A stretch of 58,202 bases of DNA from assembly GCA_964106915.2 (NCBI GenBank), contig CAXKYZ020000115.1; one strand, written 5' to 3'. Positions 34,327-43,229 of the stretch are shown in pieces. The stretch's first letter is position 1; each line of letters starts with the position of its first letter. Source of the stretch: Podarcis gaigeae (taxonomy: Eukaryota). The position numbers and the translations under genes are program-made. A model generated the notes under the pieces. It was not told the DNA's origin, did not search any database, and was given only the letters and a program-made list of their open reading frames with translations.

Positions 34327-34430
34327 TTCCCTGCCGCCTGTTCGTGGGCTCGGTCCCATGCGTCGTTGTCTTCCCAGCGGTCGAGGGTGACGGGGTCTTC
34401 TAGTCCGTCGTCGTGATCGAAGTGGCTCAT
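34323..34430 (-). CDS. Small acidic protein, 35 aa
   Basis: ATGA overlaps at both ends. Confidence 0.5.
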   Translation of the reverse strand: MSHFDHDDGLEDPVTLDRWEDNDAWDRAHEQAAGK

Positions 34431-34597
34431 TCGATCACCCGGAGGGCCAACATGTTTGAGCCTTCGGGCTCGATCGAGAGCTTTCCAATACGTGCCCCGG
34501 AGGCATGGATCTTGAGGCAGTCTTCTTCGGGCCGGATGGTGATTTTGTCGCCGTTGTCGAAGACGAATACGACAGGCGCGTTGATGTGATTCGCCAT
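34427..34597 (-). CDS. Hypothetical protein
   Basis: GGAGGGGG RBS; coupled to neighbours. Confidence 0.6.
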   Translation of the reverse strand: MANHINAPVVFVFDNGDKITIRPEEDCLKIHASGARIGKLSIEPEGSNMLALRVIE

Positions 34598-34929
34598 CAC
34601 TCCCCCTCCAGTTCGAGCGTGCGCTGCCAAATGGCACATGCATGCGCCCGTCGCACGTCACCAATTTCGAGGGCATCGAGCCCTTTCTGAGCGAAATAAG
34701 CTCTCGCGGCAGTACCTTCGAGCGCTGGCACAATGTGCATGTTCTCGCGGATAGTCGCGAGTTCCTCGGTCGGATAGAGCGGGTTGACGGCCAGCTTTCG
34801 GCGCATCCCTTCAACGAGGATGTCGAGCATGGTGTCGATGCCTGCGCGTGGCAGGAACAGTAGGTCGTCGGGCCAGCATTCCGACTGGTCGTCGAAAAGG
34901 TCGCATTCGATCTTGTAGAGAGTGCTCAC
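34597..34929 (-). CDS. Hypothetical protein, 110 aa
   Basis: Overlap-coupled ORF. Confidence 0.65.
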   Translation of the reverse strand: MSTLYKIECDLFDDQSECWPDDLLFLPRAGIDTMLDILVEGMRRKLAVNPLYPTEELATIRENMHIVPALEGTAARAYFAQKGLDALEIGDVRRAHACAIWQRTLELEGE

Positions 34930-35141
34930 ATTGCACCGCCGACGTTGGGCATGTTCGCGGTCATCTGCGCCTGTTGCAGGTCGGTGCGGGCCTTATCCAG
35001 CTGCTTCCGGGCCTGCTGTGCGGCGTCGACGAGGGCGTCCCGTTCCTGCGGCCCAATCCAACCCAAATCGAGGGTGGCTTTCGCGTTGTCGTCGCCGATC
35101 TTCGCGGCGAGCGTGGCGAGTTCTTCGAGGTAAGTGCTCAT
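34926..35141 (-). CDS. Hypothetical coiled-coil protein, 71 aa
   Basis: GGAGG RBS; ATGA overlap. Confidence 0.68.
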   Translation of the reverse strand: MSTYLEELATLAAKIGDDNAKATLDLGWIGPQERDALVDAAQQARKQLDKARTDLQQAQMTANMPNVGGAM

Positions 35142-35512
35142 GCTGTTGCCTCCGGGGTGAACAAGACCGTCGCGGGAAGCAGCGGCTTATAGGCGTAGTC
35201 ATCTTCGGGGTCCATTGCGCTTAGCCATGTGCCGTCGAGTCCCTTTTCCATGACTGAGTACATGGCTTGTCCGTCGTAGCGCAGTGAATACCAGATGACT
35301 GTTCCGACTGGTAGTTCACGCAACTCTTCGATGTTGTCCACTGTGCGAGGCTTGGGCTGGTAGTCGGCGAGGACCGCGTCGGCGACTGCGAGTAGGTCGT
35401 AACGGCTGTCGAGGACGGCGTCGCTCAAGTCGCTGATGTCGGTGTAGCCGAACTGGTCTTCGCCACGCAGCGTGACGGCGATGGTCTCGGCCAACTCTTC
35501 TCGTGTCCTCAT
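35138..35512 (-). CDS. Hypothetical protein (paralog of 31144-31464)
   Basis: KPRTVDNIEELRELPVGTV...LPATVLFTP. Confidence 0.72.
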   Translation of the reverse strand: MRTREELAETIAVTLRGEDQFGYTDISDLSDAVLDSRYDLLAVADAVLADYQPKPRTVDNIEELRELPVGTVIWYSLRYDGQAMYSVMEKGLDGTWLSAMDPEDDYAYKPLLPATVLFTPEATA

Positions 35513-35700
35513 GCTGCGTATCCGTTCAGGTATCCGGTGAGGGTGTAGGCGAAGGTGGCGCAGAGTCCGGTGAGGGTGACGGCGACGTAGGTTCGTCCGC
35601 GCCACAACTTGCGGCGCTCCAACCGTTCGTGCCGGTCTGTCAGGTCGTCCATGAGTGCGAGGGATTCGAGCATGTCGCAATGCTGCGCAAGGGATCTCAC
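35509..35700 (-). CDS. Small membrane protein
   Basis: C-terminal hydrophobic segment; GTGA/ATGA overlaps. Confidence 0.6.
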   Translation of the reverse strand: MRSLAQHCDMLESLALMDDLTDRHERLERRKLWRGRTYVAVTLTGLCATFAYTLTGYLNGYAA

Positions 35701-35912
35701 AGTCGGCTCCCGTCTGTGTCGAGTTGCGTCATGCAGTCCTCGCACACGAAGTAGTCACCGAACCCGGGATCCTCGTGTGCGCTGAGGTTGATGGAAGTGC
35801 AGCTGCCGCACACCGGAGCATTCACAGCGGCGGGCTTACGTGAAGCGATGAGTTCAAGCGCAGGAACACCTGTGCGGTGCCGGCCACGCGAACGAAAAGC
35901 GAGAACAGTCAT
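35697..35912 (-). CDS. Small Zn-ribbon protein (CGSC...CEDC)
   Basis: GGAAGG RBS before MTVLAF; the longer 36152 start is also open. Confidence 0.55.
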   Translation of the reverse strand: MTVLAFRSRGRHRTGVPALELIASRKPAAVNAPVCGSCTSINLSAHEDPGFGDYFVCEDCMTQLDTDGSRL

Positions 35913-36148
35913 GACATTCCTTCCGATTTCTGGTCCCGCTGCAACGGGATTCTTCAACTGTAGACAATCATCATGCGTCACGCAAGACGCGAGACTCGTA
36001 AGGCAAAAGGATTTACCGCCTGACGTCTTGCGTCCTACGTGACAGTTGCCAGCCCCCAGTTTCACGCTGGCCGACAAACGGGCCACATCCGGCACATGCA
36101 TCCCAAACCACACACTATGAACCACAGAAACGTTCTCAGCCGCGATTC

Positions 36149-36694
36149 TCATTTTGCGTACTTCGGATTCGGTTCAGCTTCGATCATCAATCTCGGCAGG
36201 CAGGGCATTTTCCGCTCCACCCCGGAAACCTTGTTCGTGCAGGCCTGGTACTCGTCAGCCCCACACAACGGGCACACATGCTCGATCGCATTGTTCACCG
36301 CATAGGCGCCTGGAACAGGTTTCCCGTCTGCACCGCCGATCGGTAAGCCTCCCAGCTGCGCATCACCCTGAACCAAACCGTGCTTCACGTCGTGCTGCAA
36401 TTGCCGCAGCTCCCGATCCACGGCAGGTTCGCGCTGCGCCCGGTCGATCCGAATCTCACGTGCAATCCGGATAACGTCCGCCGGCATGATCATCCGCAAT
36501 GGTTCGTTGCGGTAGTGCACAGTCACGGCATTGAGAGCATCCGGGAGTTCGAGGTTGTACGGGGCGAGAGCCTCCGCCCACGCACCTCCACGCCCGATAT
36601 CGGCTTCGCTGAATCGGTTGTCGAACAATGCCGCTCGGCCGATGATCAAGCCAGTGTCCGAAAGTTGTTGAGGTGTCGCTTCGATCAGATTCAT
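36149..36694 (-). CDS. Replication accessory protein (helicase loader/inhibitor-like) with Zn finger
   Basis: AW...L......DALNAV..HY...IMPADV motif; CPLCGA...C; follows the initiator. Confidence 0.6.
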   Translation of the reverse strand: MNLIEATPQQLSDTGLIIGRAALFDNRFSEADIGRGGAWAEALAPYNLELPDALNAVTVHYRNEPLRMIMPADVIRIAREIRIDRAQREPAVDRELRQLQHDVKHGLVQGDAQLGGLPIGGADGKPVPGAYAVNNAIEHVCPLCGADEYQACTNKVSGVERKMPCLPRLMIEAEPNPKYAK

Positions 36695-37587
36695 GCGGTG
36701 ATGCCTTTCGGTGTTGACGAGTTGAGTCCTTCGGCTTGCCGTTGGGCGAGCTGGTTGCCCATGTCGGCCCATCCCATCGCTTTCTTGGTCGCCTTCCCGA
36801 TTCCGCTGTCAGATGGTGCAGCAGGTCGGTTAGCAGCTTTGTGAACGAATCCGGGAATCATCGACGCCGCTGTCATCGGTGACGCGGCCCAGTCCTGGAT
36901 CCCTGCTTCGATCTGCTCACGACTCACCCCCGACTTGAGACATCCGTCGACAGCTTGCGCGATCTTCGAAATCAAATCGCCTGGGACTGGCGACGGGCAG
37001 GAATCCGAGTAGGCCCTTGCGATGATGTGCGCCTCAGCGGAGTGCGCTGTCCCGTTGAGATGCTCAGCGATGTCTCGCACTCCCCGCGGTCTCGCCGGCG
37101 CGTCTCTTAGGTGAGGTGAACTACTTACGTAAGTAAGTAGTTCTTTCTCTTTCTCTATCTCTATCTCTGCTTGATTCTGCTTGAGGTCCTGCTTAGCAGC
37201 TGCTAGCCCGTCTGCTTGCGTTTCGTTGGCATGCGCCCGGTTCGCTGCCCTGGCCTTGCCCCCCTTCTGACCTGCGGCGATCTTCTCATTTCGAGACTTT
37301 TCGATCTCCGCGATGGTCTGATTATGTTCGGCATAGTCGTGAACAATCGCGACATTTTTTGATTCAAAAATTGTGATCGCTCCGCAAGATTCCACCGAAA
37401 TTCTGTTGCGCTTTGTTCCCATCTTCACCCACACAGGCAGCGGCAGATTGCCGTCGTTGGGGTACTCACGGCAGTGCATGATGGCTTTCACGATCAACCA
37501 CTTCTGCCCGTCTGTGAGGTTGATGTACTTCGGATTGCGGTCCATATCCACCGCCAGATTGATATAGATCCGCTTGTCTTTGGGCAC
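36691..37587 (-). CDS. Replication initiation protein (RepA/lambda-O-like)
   Basis: YINL..DM..NPK, HDY.EHN, AGQKGGKA motifs; internal iterons. Confidence 0.75.
   Translation of the reverse strand: MPKDKRIYINLAVDMDRNPKYINLTDGQKWLIVKAIMHCREYPNDGNLPLPVWVKMGTKRNRISVESCGAITIFESKNVAIVHDYAEHNQTIAEIEKSRNEKIAAGQKGGKARAANRAHANETQADGLAAAKQDLKQNQAEIEIEKEKELLTYVSSSPHLRDAPARPRGVRDIAEHLNGTAHSAEAHIIARAYSDSCPSPVPGDLISKIAQAVDGCLKSGVSREQIEAGIQDWAASPMTAASMIPGFVHKAANRPAAPSDSGIGKATKKAMGWADMGNQLAQRQAEGLNSSTPKGITA
37118..37218. promoter_or_regulatory. Putative replication origin: AT-rich palindrome, pyrimidine tract and five CTGCT(T) iterons
   Basis: GAACTACTTAC-gtaa-GTAAGTAGTTC 37118-37143; iterons at 37167, 37177, 37189, 37200, 37212. 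Confidence 0.65.
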
Positions 37588-37600
37588 GGTAGGGCTGTCC

Positions 37601-37885
37601 TTACTTGCGGCGGTTGTGTCGTTCGTAGCGTCGGCGAGTGCCAGGGCGGGCTGACACCGGATCCGGTCGCGGGCGGAAGATCGGATTCGAGTACACGATC
37701 TCCAAGGTTTCTTTGATGTCCGCTTCAGTGACGCGCCACTTGTTGGCGATCTTCCTGCCGGGCCACTTCTGCGATCGCAGTTGCTCGCGGTAGTAGGTGG
37801 GGCTGCACCTGAGCCGTAGCGCGGCCTCGTCGATGGTGAACACTTCGTCGGGTGGTATGTGCCGGCGTTGTTCGGTGGTCGTCAT
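37601..37885 (-). CDS. Excisionase-like HTH DNA-binding protein
   Basis: FTIDEAALRLRCS......LRS..WPGRKIANKWRVTEADI. Confidence 0.8.
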   Translation of the reverse strand: MTTTEQRRHIPPDEVFTIDEAALRLRCSPTYYREQLRSQKWPGRKIANKWRVTEADIKETLEIVYSNPIFRPRPDPVSARPGTRRRYERHNRRK

Positions 37886-38091
37886 GCTGCTTCTCGTTTC
37901 TCGTGTGGGATGTACAGCTGGTTGCGTTGGACGACGGCGAGGTGGCAGAGGCCGCCGCGGGGGTGTCCGTTGTCGAGGCAGATGGTGTAGCCGTGTTCGT
38001 CTTTGTGGACGATGGTGACTTCGCTGAGGGCGCTGTAGGTGCCGATGTTGGGGTGGGTGATGGGCACTCGGAGTGAGGCTTCGCGGATCAT
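37882..38091 (-). CDS. Hypothetical protein
   Basis: ATGA overlaps at both ends. Confidence 0.62.
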   Translation of the reverse strand: MIREASLRVPITHPNIGTYSALSEVTIVHKDEHGYTICLDNGHPRGGLCHLAVVQRNQLYIPHEKREAA

Positions 38092-38414
38092 GCGGCGCCT
38101 TTCCATACTCGGTTCGGGTTGGAGTGGCGTTCTTTTCGTGCGGGTTGGCACCATCCGGTTTGGGCGATGTGGCCGCGGCGTGACGCATTGCCGATGATGG
38201 ATGAGAGGACGTTTCCATTGCCTGCGCGGAGCCAGTCGCGGGTTTCGGGTGGGACTGCGTCGCGGACGTGGTCGGCGGAGAATTCGCGGCCGGATCGGAT
38301 GAGTTCGGTGAGGGCGGTTTCGATGTGGTTGGGGTGGTCGTGGTGTCCGACTGTTGCGGCTGCGAGGGCTGCGTCTTGCCCGTCCAACCTGAGCTGCTCA
38401 CCAGCAGTGGTCAT
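38088..38414 (-). CDS. Hypothetical protein (GEQLR..G..FSADHVR..RH....RVW)
   Basis: Overlap-coupled ORF. Confidence 0.7.
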   Translation of the reverse strand: MTTAGEQLRLDGQDAALAAATVGHHDHPNHIETALTELIRSGREFSADHVRDAVPPETRDWLRAGNGNVLSSIIGNASRRGHIAQTGWCQPARKERHSNPNRVWKGAA

Positions 38415-38656
38415 CAGTTTGTCCATTCGTAGTGTTCGCAGGGTTCGCGGTCTCCGGCTTGGGAGTCCCATTCGTAGCGCGGGTGGCGCACGTTCTTGAG
38501 GACTTCAACTTCGGTTTCCCTGTTGCCCCAGATGGTTTCGATGCGAGGTTCGCCGAACTCACCGCCCATGTCGGAGCGTCCCGCGAGCGGAGCACGGTTC
38601 TCGATCGCCTCATACACTTCGTCGCTTCGAGCGCAGTCGATTCGCGTCCAGGTCAT
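38414..38656 (-). CDS. Hypothetical protein, 80 aa
   Basis: Overlap-coupled ORF. Confidence 0.65.
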   Translation of the reverse strand: MTWTRIDCARSDEVYEAIENRAPLAGRSDMGGEFGEPRIETIWGNRETEVEVLKNVRHPRYEWDSQAGDREPCEHYEWTN

Positions 38657-38817
38657 GCTGCGTCCTTGGGGGTTTCGGTGGGGAGGTTCGCGTCCGGATG
38701 TGTCCAGCGGTTGTACGGGCCACCACGGTCCTCACGAGTGCCGCACCAGGCTTCGTGCTGGTTCCATCCCGGCACCGGACCACTGCACGTGCACGTATCG
38801 CGGAAGTAGAGGCTCAT
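38653..38817 (-). CDS. Small protein, 54 aa (MSLYFRDTCTC..HEAWCG..)
   Basis: Hand-translated; ATGA overlaps at both ends. Confidence 0.55.
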   Translation of the reverse strand: MSLYFRDTCTCSGPVPGWNQHEAWCGTREDRGGPYNRWTHPDANLPTETPKDAA

Positions 38818-39734
38818 GACGCCACCTGCTCTTCCACCGTCTCCGCGTCAACAGGCTCAGCGTCCAACGGCAACTGCTCAGGCTCAGGCAGCGAGGCGCC
38901 ATCCGACTCAGGCTCCGACATCCCCTGAATGCGCCCCATGATCAACGCCTGAATGTCGTCCTTCTCCTGCGCCGGCAACGTCGCAGTCTGCTTCCACAGC
39001 TCCCGCAACACATCCTTCGACTCAGCAGCCTCAATCGCAGCAAGCAAAGAATCCACGTCCACAGACGGTTCACCCAACGCTTCAGTGATCGACCGCGGGC
39101 GTGCTTGCGTCGACTGCTGAGGGCGCTGACGAGTCGAGCCTTGCTGCCCGTTGTCCGCCTGCTGCATCTCATCCGAGGTGTACAGACCGGACAAGTCCTG
39201 CGGGAATGCCTTACGCAATGCCAACGCCTCAGCGCATTTCGCCAACATCAGTGCGCCCTTCGTGGCCCACATCTGCGTCACATCGCCGTTGAACTTGGTT
39301 CCCACGTACTCGTTCCAGAGCGCGATTGCGGGATAGCGTGCACCGTCACGAATCACGGTGACCTTCGCGGCGCGGGGCTGCTCACGCTGCAACCAGACGT
39401 CGGTCCACTTGCCGTCTTCTCCGCACCACAGGGTGTCCTCGTAGCCGAACGTGCCACGAGCGGCGTCGGTAGCGCGTCGAGCGATCAGACGAAACCCGTC
39501 GATCCCGGTCTGGATGGTCTGCTTCCCCTTGCGTTCGATCATGTAGATCTGGCGCGCAAACGGATCCAAGCCGGTGCGCTGGCACTGGTGAAAGAACACG
39601 GCCAAGTCAGCTTTCGATGCTTTCTCGACGCCGATCTGAGCGAGCGCCGATTCCTGCTTCGGGGTCCAGAAGTCCTGTTCGGGCGAAACCGCTAGTGCGG
39701 ATCCTGTGTGTACTGCGATCTCGGTCATCGTCAT
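38814..39734 (-). CDS. RecT/Bet-like ssDNA annealing protein
   Basis: CQRTGLDPFARQIY, QTGIDGFRLIA, MLAKCAEALALRKAFPQDLSGLYTSDEM. Confidence 0.93.
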   Translation of the reverse strand: MTMTEIAVHTGSALAVSPEQDFWTPKQESALAQIGVEKASKADLAVFFHQCQRTGLDPFARQIYMIERKGKQTIQTGIDGFRLIARRATDAARGTFGYEDTLWCGEDGKWTDVWLQREQPRAAKVTVIRDGARYPAIALWNEYVGTKFNGDVTQMWATKGALMLAKCAEALALRKAFPQDLSGLYTSDEMQQADNGQQGSTRQRPQQSTQARPRSITEALGEPSVDVDSLLAAIEAAESKDVLRELWKQTATLPAQEKDDIQALIMGRIQGMSEPESDGASLPEPEQLPLDAEPVDAETVEEQVAS

Positions 39735-39946
39735 CAGTCCTCGTCGATCGGTTCGGTGGCTTCTTCACGTTCATAGGCGCTGGCATCAGCCCACAGGCTG
39801 ATGGATAGGGAGGGCTTGCAGCCTCCGGCGCGAACGTTGATCGCCGAAGCGATCGTCTTCACGGTTTCCGCTTCGGCGTCGGTCAGGATGACGAAGGCGC
39901 GTGTTGTGTCATCACACCCGGACGTTGCGATCAGGTACTCAGTCAT
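39734..39946 (-). CDS. Hypothetical protein (copy 2)
   Basis: Same as 659-871. Confidence 0.72.
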   Translation of the reverse strand: MTEYLIATSGCDDTTRAFVILTDAEAETVKTIASAINVRAGGCKPSLSISLWADASAYEREEATEPIDED

Positions 39947-40863
39947 GCTGCTTCTGCCTTTCGTGGCTTCAAGATTTCGGGAGCCTTCTCCGCGAGGCCA
40001 GACGTGGCGCGGATAGACGGCGCACCCTTGCTATTGACACGCGACGCGATCGTGTGACCGTTGAACGTCGCCTTCTTCGACGAACCCAAGTATTCGAGGA
40101 GCACCGACCCGGTCCGCTTCTTCTCCAGCGCCACAGCAGCTTCCGCCGCAAACGCCTCCAAATACGGAACCGCGATCTCCGCCGGAACATCCACACCCGG
40201 ATCATCAGCAATCGATGTATTCGCATACCGAACCGACAACCGATCACAATCACGCGAATGATCCGCCGCCGGCTGATCGCCAGCCTCAACACGCGCCTGG
40301 AACTTCAACACCCGCTCCCGCAGCACCGCCGCATCCCGAGCGTCGTAGTCGATGACAAACACCTTCGGGCGACGATGGAACAGTTCGAACGGACCGCACG
40401 CCGCGAGATGCGTACGGCGAGCACCGATCACATCCATCTGCCACATCACCTGCACCAGATAACCGATCGGAACCTCATCACCCCACGAGTGAATGTCGTC
40501 GGCTGTCTTGATCTCCAACAGTTCGACCGTGCCGTCAGGCAACGTGACAATCCCGTCCGGATCCGCTGTCTGCCAATCACGAAGACTGTGCTGCCATGTC
40601 GACGTTTCCTCGATCGTCCAATCGAGATGCATGTTCGAGAACCAACCACGAATCAGCGGCTCGAACTCATGCCCGCGGCCCTGCACATCGGTCTGCGGCT
40701 GCGGCGGCACTACGCCTGTGATGCCGTCGTAGATCGATCGTTCGGTGTCCCACTTCGACAAACCACAGATCGCTGCGACCTTCGACGCCGAGTACTTCGT
40801 CCACCACTCCGCGGTGCCAGGAGCGAGAGGTTCGGGAAGCTGGAATCCAGTCAGAGTGGTCAT
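39943..40863 (-). CDS. YqaJ-like exonuclease (copy 2)
   Basis: Same as 868-1788. Confidence 0.92.
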   Translation of the reverse strand: MTTLTGFQLPEPLAPGTAEWWTKYSASKVAAICGLSKWDTERSIYDGITGVVPPQPQTDVQGRGHEFEPLIRGWFSNMHLDWTIEETSTWQHSLRDWQTADPDGIVTLPDGTVELLEIKTADDIHSWGDEVPIGYLVQVMWQMDVIGARRTHLAACGPFELFHRRPKVFVIDYDARDAAVLRERVLKFQARVEAGDQPAADHSRDCDRLSVRYANTSIADDPGVDVPAEIAVPYLEAFAAEAAVALEKKRTGSVLLEYLGSSKKATFNGHTIASRVNSKGAPSIRATSGLAEKAPEILKPRKAEAA

Positions 40864-41051
40864 AGGATCACCGACACAGGCAGTGAGTCGATGAACAAGT
40901 CAGTCGCAGCGTCGAGGGCCTCAACCGTGCAGCCTTCGTGCGTTACGCCGACGGTCCCCGGAACCCGCAGATGCGGGTAGTGAAAGTCGAACACGTCATC
41001 AAATCTGTCCACTGCTTCCTGCAACTCAGGAGTGATATCCTTTACGTGCAT
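40860..41051 (-). CDS. Hypothetical protein (copy 2)
   Basis: Same as 1785-1976. Confidence 0.68.
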   Translation of the reverse strand: MHVKDITPELQEAVDRFDDVFDFHYPHLRVPGTVGVTHEGCTVEALDAATDLFIDSLPVSVIL

Positions 41052-41119
41052 TCGCTTTTCCTTCCGATTGGTGATTGCCTCGCCCGTCCTCCTGCAAGAG
41101 GGCGGGCTTTTTCGTGCCT

Positions 41120-41398
41120 TCATGCCGAAACCAATTGTCGTTTGTCACGCGTGACACGCAACGGTTCAGGCATAAAAAGGGCCTTCCTGGGGGCTCGAAG
41201 CTCCTTGGCGATCAGCTTCGCCCGGTTCTGCGGGCAGTGCTTTCGCTTGCCAGTTCGGTAGTGGCCGATGGTGGAGTGGGAGCACTTCACCCTCGATGCC
41301 AGTTCTCGGACGGACATGTCGTTGTACTCCATGTATTCGACCAACAGGTCGGCGTTCACGATCACGTCGAGCCTCCATTCAGATTGCTTGTTTTTCAT
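41120..41398 (-). CDS. Cro-like HTH regulator (copy 2)
   Basis: Same as 2045-2323. Confidence 0.85.
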   Translation of the reverse strand: MKNKQSEWRLDVIVNADLLVEYMEYNDMSVRELASRVKCSHSTIGHYRTGKRKHCPQNRAKLIAKELRAPRKALFMPEPLRVTRDKRQLVSA

Positions 41399-41420
41399 GG
41401 CTTTGCCTTTCCGTTTCACT

Positions 41421-41600
41421 GTAGACGCTCTGTCTACCGTCCCACAAGACAGTAGACGGTGTAGACACTTTTGTCTACACCTGAATTGGCGATTTTCGAC
41501 CCATACCTCAAGCAATGCAGATCACAGTGATGGAATTTGTAGACAGCGCGTCTACACTCTGACTATTCGAACACTGCCGCCGTGAGGAACGTTTGTAGAC
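41421..41600. promoter_or_regulatory. Operator array (copy 2)
   Basis: Same as 2346-2525. Confidence 0.83.
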
Positions 41601-42068
41601 ATGAACCCCGGACCCACCACAGACGATCTGTGGGACGCAGCGCTCGTCAAAGCTGGCTTCGTGGACAAGCGTGACGGCGAATCCCCCTCGCACCGCGCAC
41701 TAGCCGAACACCTCGGAATCGGCACATCTACCATCACCAACATCCGCGCCGGCAACGCCAAACCAAAACCAGCCACAGTCGCTAAGATCGCCGACGCCCT
41801 CCGCATCGACGTACGCGAACTATCCCGCTGGATCGGCCAGACCCGCGAAGTTGCGAAGCCCTACACCCCACCCTCCGAAGCCGACCTTCTCGACCAACGA
41901 GAACGCGACGCCCTAGACGAGATCATCCGAGTCATGGCCGCCAGCAAGATCGGTGTCAAGCCTGAGGACGAGACTTCCCAGAATCAACCGCTCAGGGTTG
42001 TCCGTCCGATTACCGCTTCGCCGCCAATCGCGGCGTCCAGGAGAAACAAGGAAACCAGATCCGACTAG
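41601..42068 (+). CDS. Immunity repressor (copy 2)
   Basis: Same as 2526-2993. Confidence 0.88.
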   Translation: MNPGPTTDDLWDAALVKAGFVDKRDGESPSHRALAEHLGIGTSTITNIRAGNAKPKPATVAKIADALRIDVRELSRWIGQTREVAKPYTPPSEADLLDQRERDALDEIIRVMAASKIGVKPEDETSQNQPLRVVRPITASPPIAASRRNKETRSD

Positions 42069-42109
42069 TCGTGTTCTAAGTTGTCGGTATCACTGTCTAC
42101 AGTCCGCGC

Positions 42110-42541
42110 ATGACCCGATACCACCCTTGGCGGACAGCGCGAAACAAACACGCCGACACCGTGATCGACTGCACCCGCGAACTCCCCGAGGGCGTAGCGG
42201 GCTACACAGACGGCACCGACATATGCATCTGCCGCACCCTCACACAAGCCGCACGACGATCAGTCCTCACTCACGAGTTGATCCATCTCGAGCGCGGACT
42301 CCCCTCCACAGATCCACGCTACGAGGCCCGCGAAGAGAAACTGGTCGACGAACTCGCAGCACGGCTACTGATCCCTCTCGACTCTCTCGTCAATGCACTC
42401 GTTTGGACGCGAGGACAGCCCGACGACGAATGCGCCTGGGAACTCTGGACAGACCTGCACACGCTTCTCGTGCGGGTCCGAACGCTGACCCCGCACGAGC
42501 GGGCTTACATTAATTCCGAACTGGACCGACGCTCAAACTAA
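42110..42541 (+). CDS. ImmA/IrrE metallopeptidase (copy 2)
   Basis: Same as 3035-3466. Confidence 0.88.
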   Translation: MTRYHPWRTARNKHADTVIDCTRELPEGVAGYTDGTDICICRTLTQAARRSVLTHELIHLERGLPSTDPRYEAREEKLVDELAARLLIPLDSLVNALVWTRGQPDDECAWELWTDLHTLLVRVRTLTPHERAYINSELDRRSN

Positions 42542-42566
42542 GCGCCCCCACCTGAAAGGCACGACA

Positions 42567-43226
42567 ATGACCACACCTGGCCCCGGCTGGCATCCCGACC
42601 CAGAAGGCAACCAGCAGTTCCGCTACTGGGACGGCCAACAGTGGACTAGTGCCACACAGCCCCTGCCTCAACCGACACCACCACCCGCGCCACCCGAGCC
42701 CATTGACCCCGAGAAGCTCGCCAAAGATCGCAAACGAGCACTCATCGGCGCAGGCGTAGTCGCAGTGCTCATCGCCGCATACTTCGGCGTCAACGCTCTT
42801 GCCAACCGCAAAGACGATGCCGAAACAGTCGCCGCAGAAACCACCACATCCGAAGCGGCACCGACCACCACGACAACGGTCAGGCCGACGACTACAACAG
42901 TGCGAACAACCGTCGCAGCCGCACCACCAGTCACGACGACCTCACATGCTGCTGCAACGACCAACTACAACCCGGCCGACGACCCCGAGTTCCTATTCCT
43001 GGGGACACTGACACTCATCGGATTCCCTGACACCCCAGATTCAACGGCACTCGAAGCCGGACGAACAGCCTGCGCCAGCTTCAGGAAAGGCGAAGAGTTC
43101 ATGGACATTTCGCTGATGACCTACTTCAACGGCCCTGACAGTTGGACGCCTGAGAATGCAGGACAACTCGTTGGCGCGGCAGTCTCCGCCTTCTGCCCGC
43201 AATACAAAAGCGAGCTGCCACGATAA
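42567..43226 (+). CDS. DUF2510/DUF732-like membrane protein (copy 2)
   Basis: Same as 3492-4151. Confidence 0.8.
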   Translation: MTTPGPGWHPDPEGNQQFRYWDGQQWTSATQPLPQPTPPPAPPEPIDPEKLAKDRKRALIGAGVVAVLIAAYFGVNALANRKDDAETVAAETTTSEAAPTTTTTVRPTTTTVRTTVAAAPPVTTTSHAAATTNYNPADDPEFLFLGTLTLIGFPDTPDSTALEAGRTACASFRKGEEFMDISLMTYFNGPDSWTPENAGQLVGAAVSAFCPQYKSELPR

Positions 43227-43229
43227 AGG

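Larger units (their letters stand above)
1..39075. mobile_element. Complete unit-length temperate siphovirus genome (39,075 bp, circularly permuted view)
   Basis: Full set of integrase/attP, repressor/cro, recombination, replication, packaging, head, tail and lysis genes; sequence restarts at 39076 (AACGCTTCAGTGATC = position 1). Confidence 0.97.

Noticed and set aside
37886-38401. Long N-terminal extension of the Xis-like ORF
   Set aside because: Overlaps two better coupled genes in other frames; low-complexity shadow
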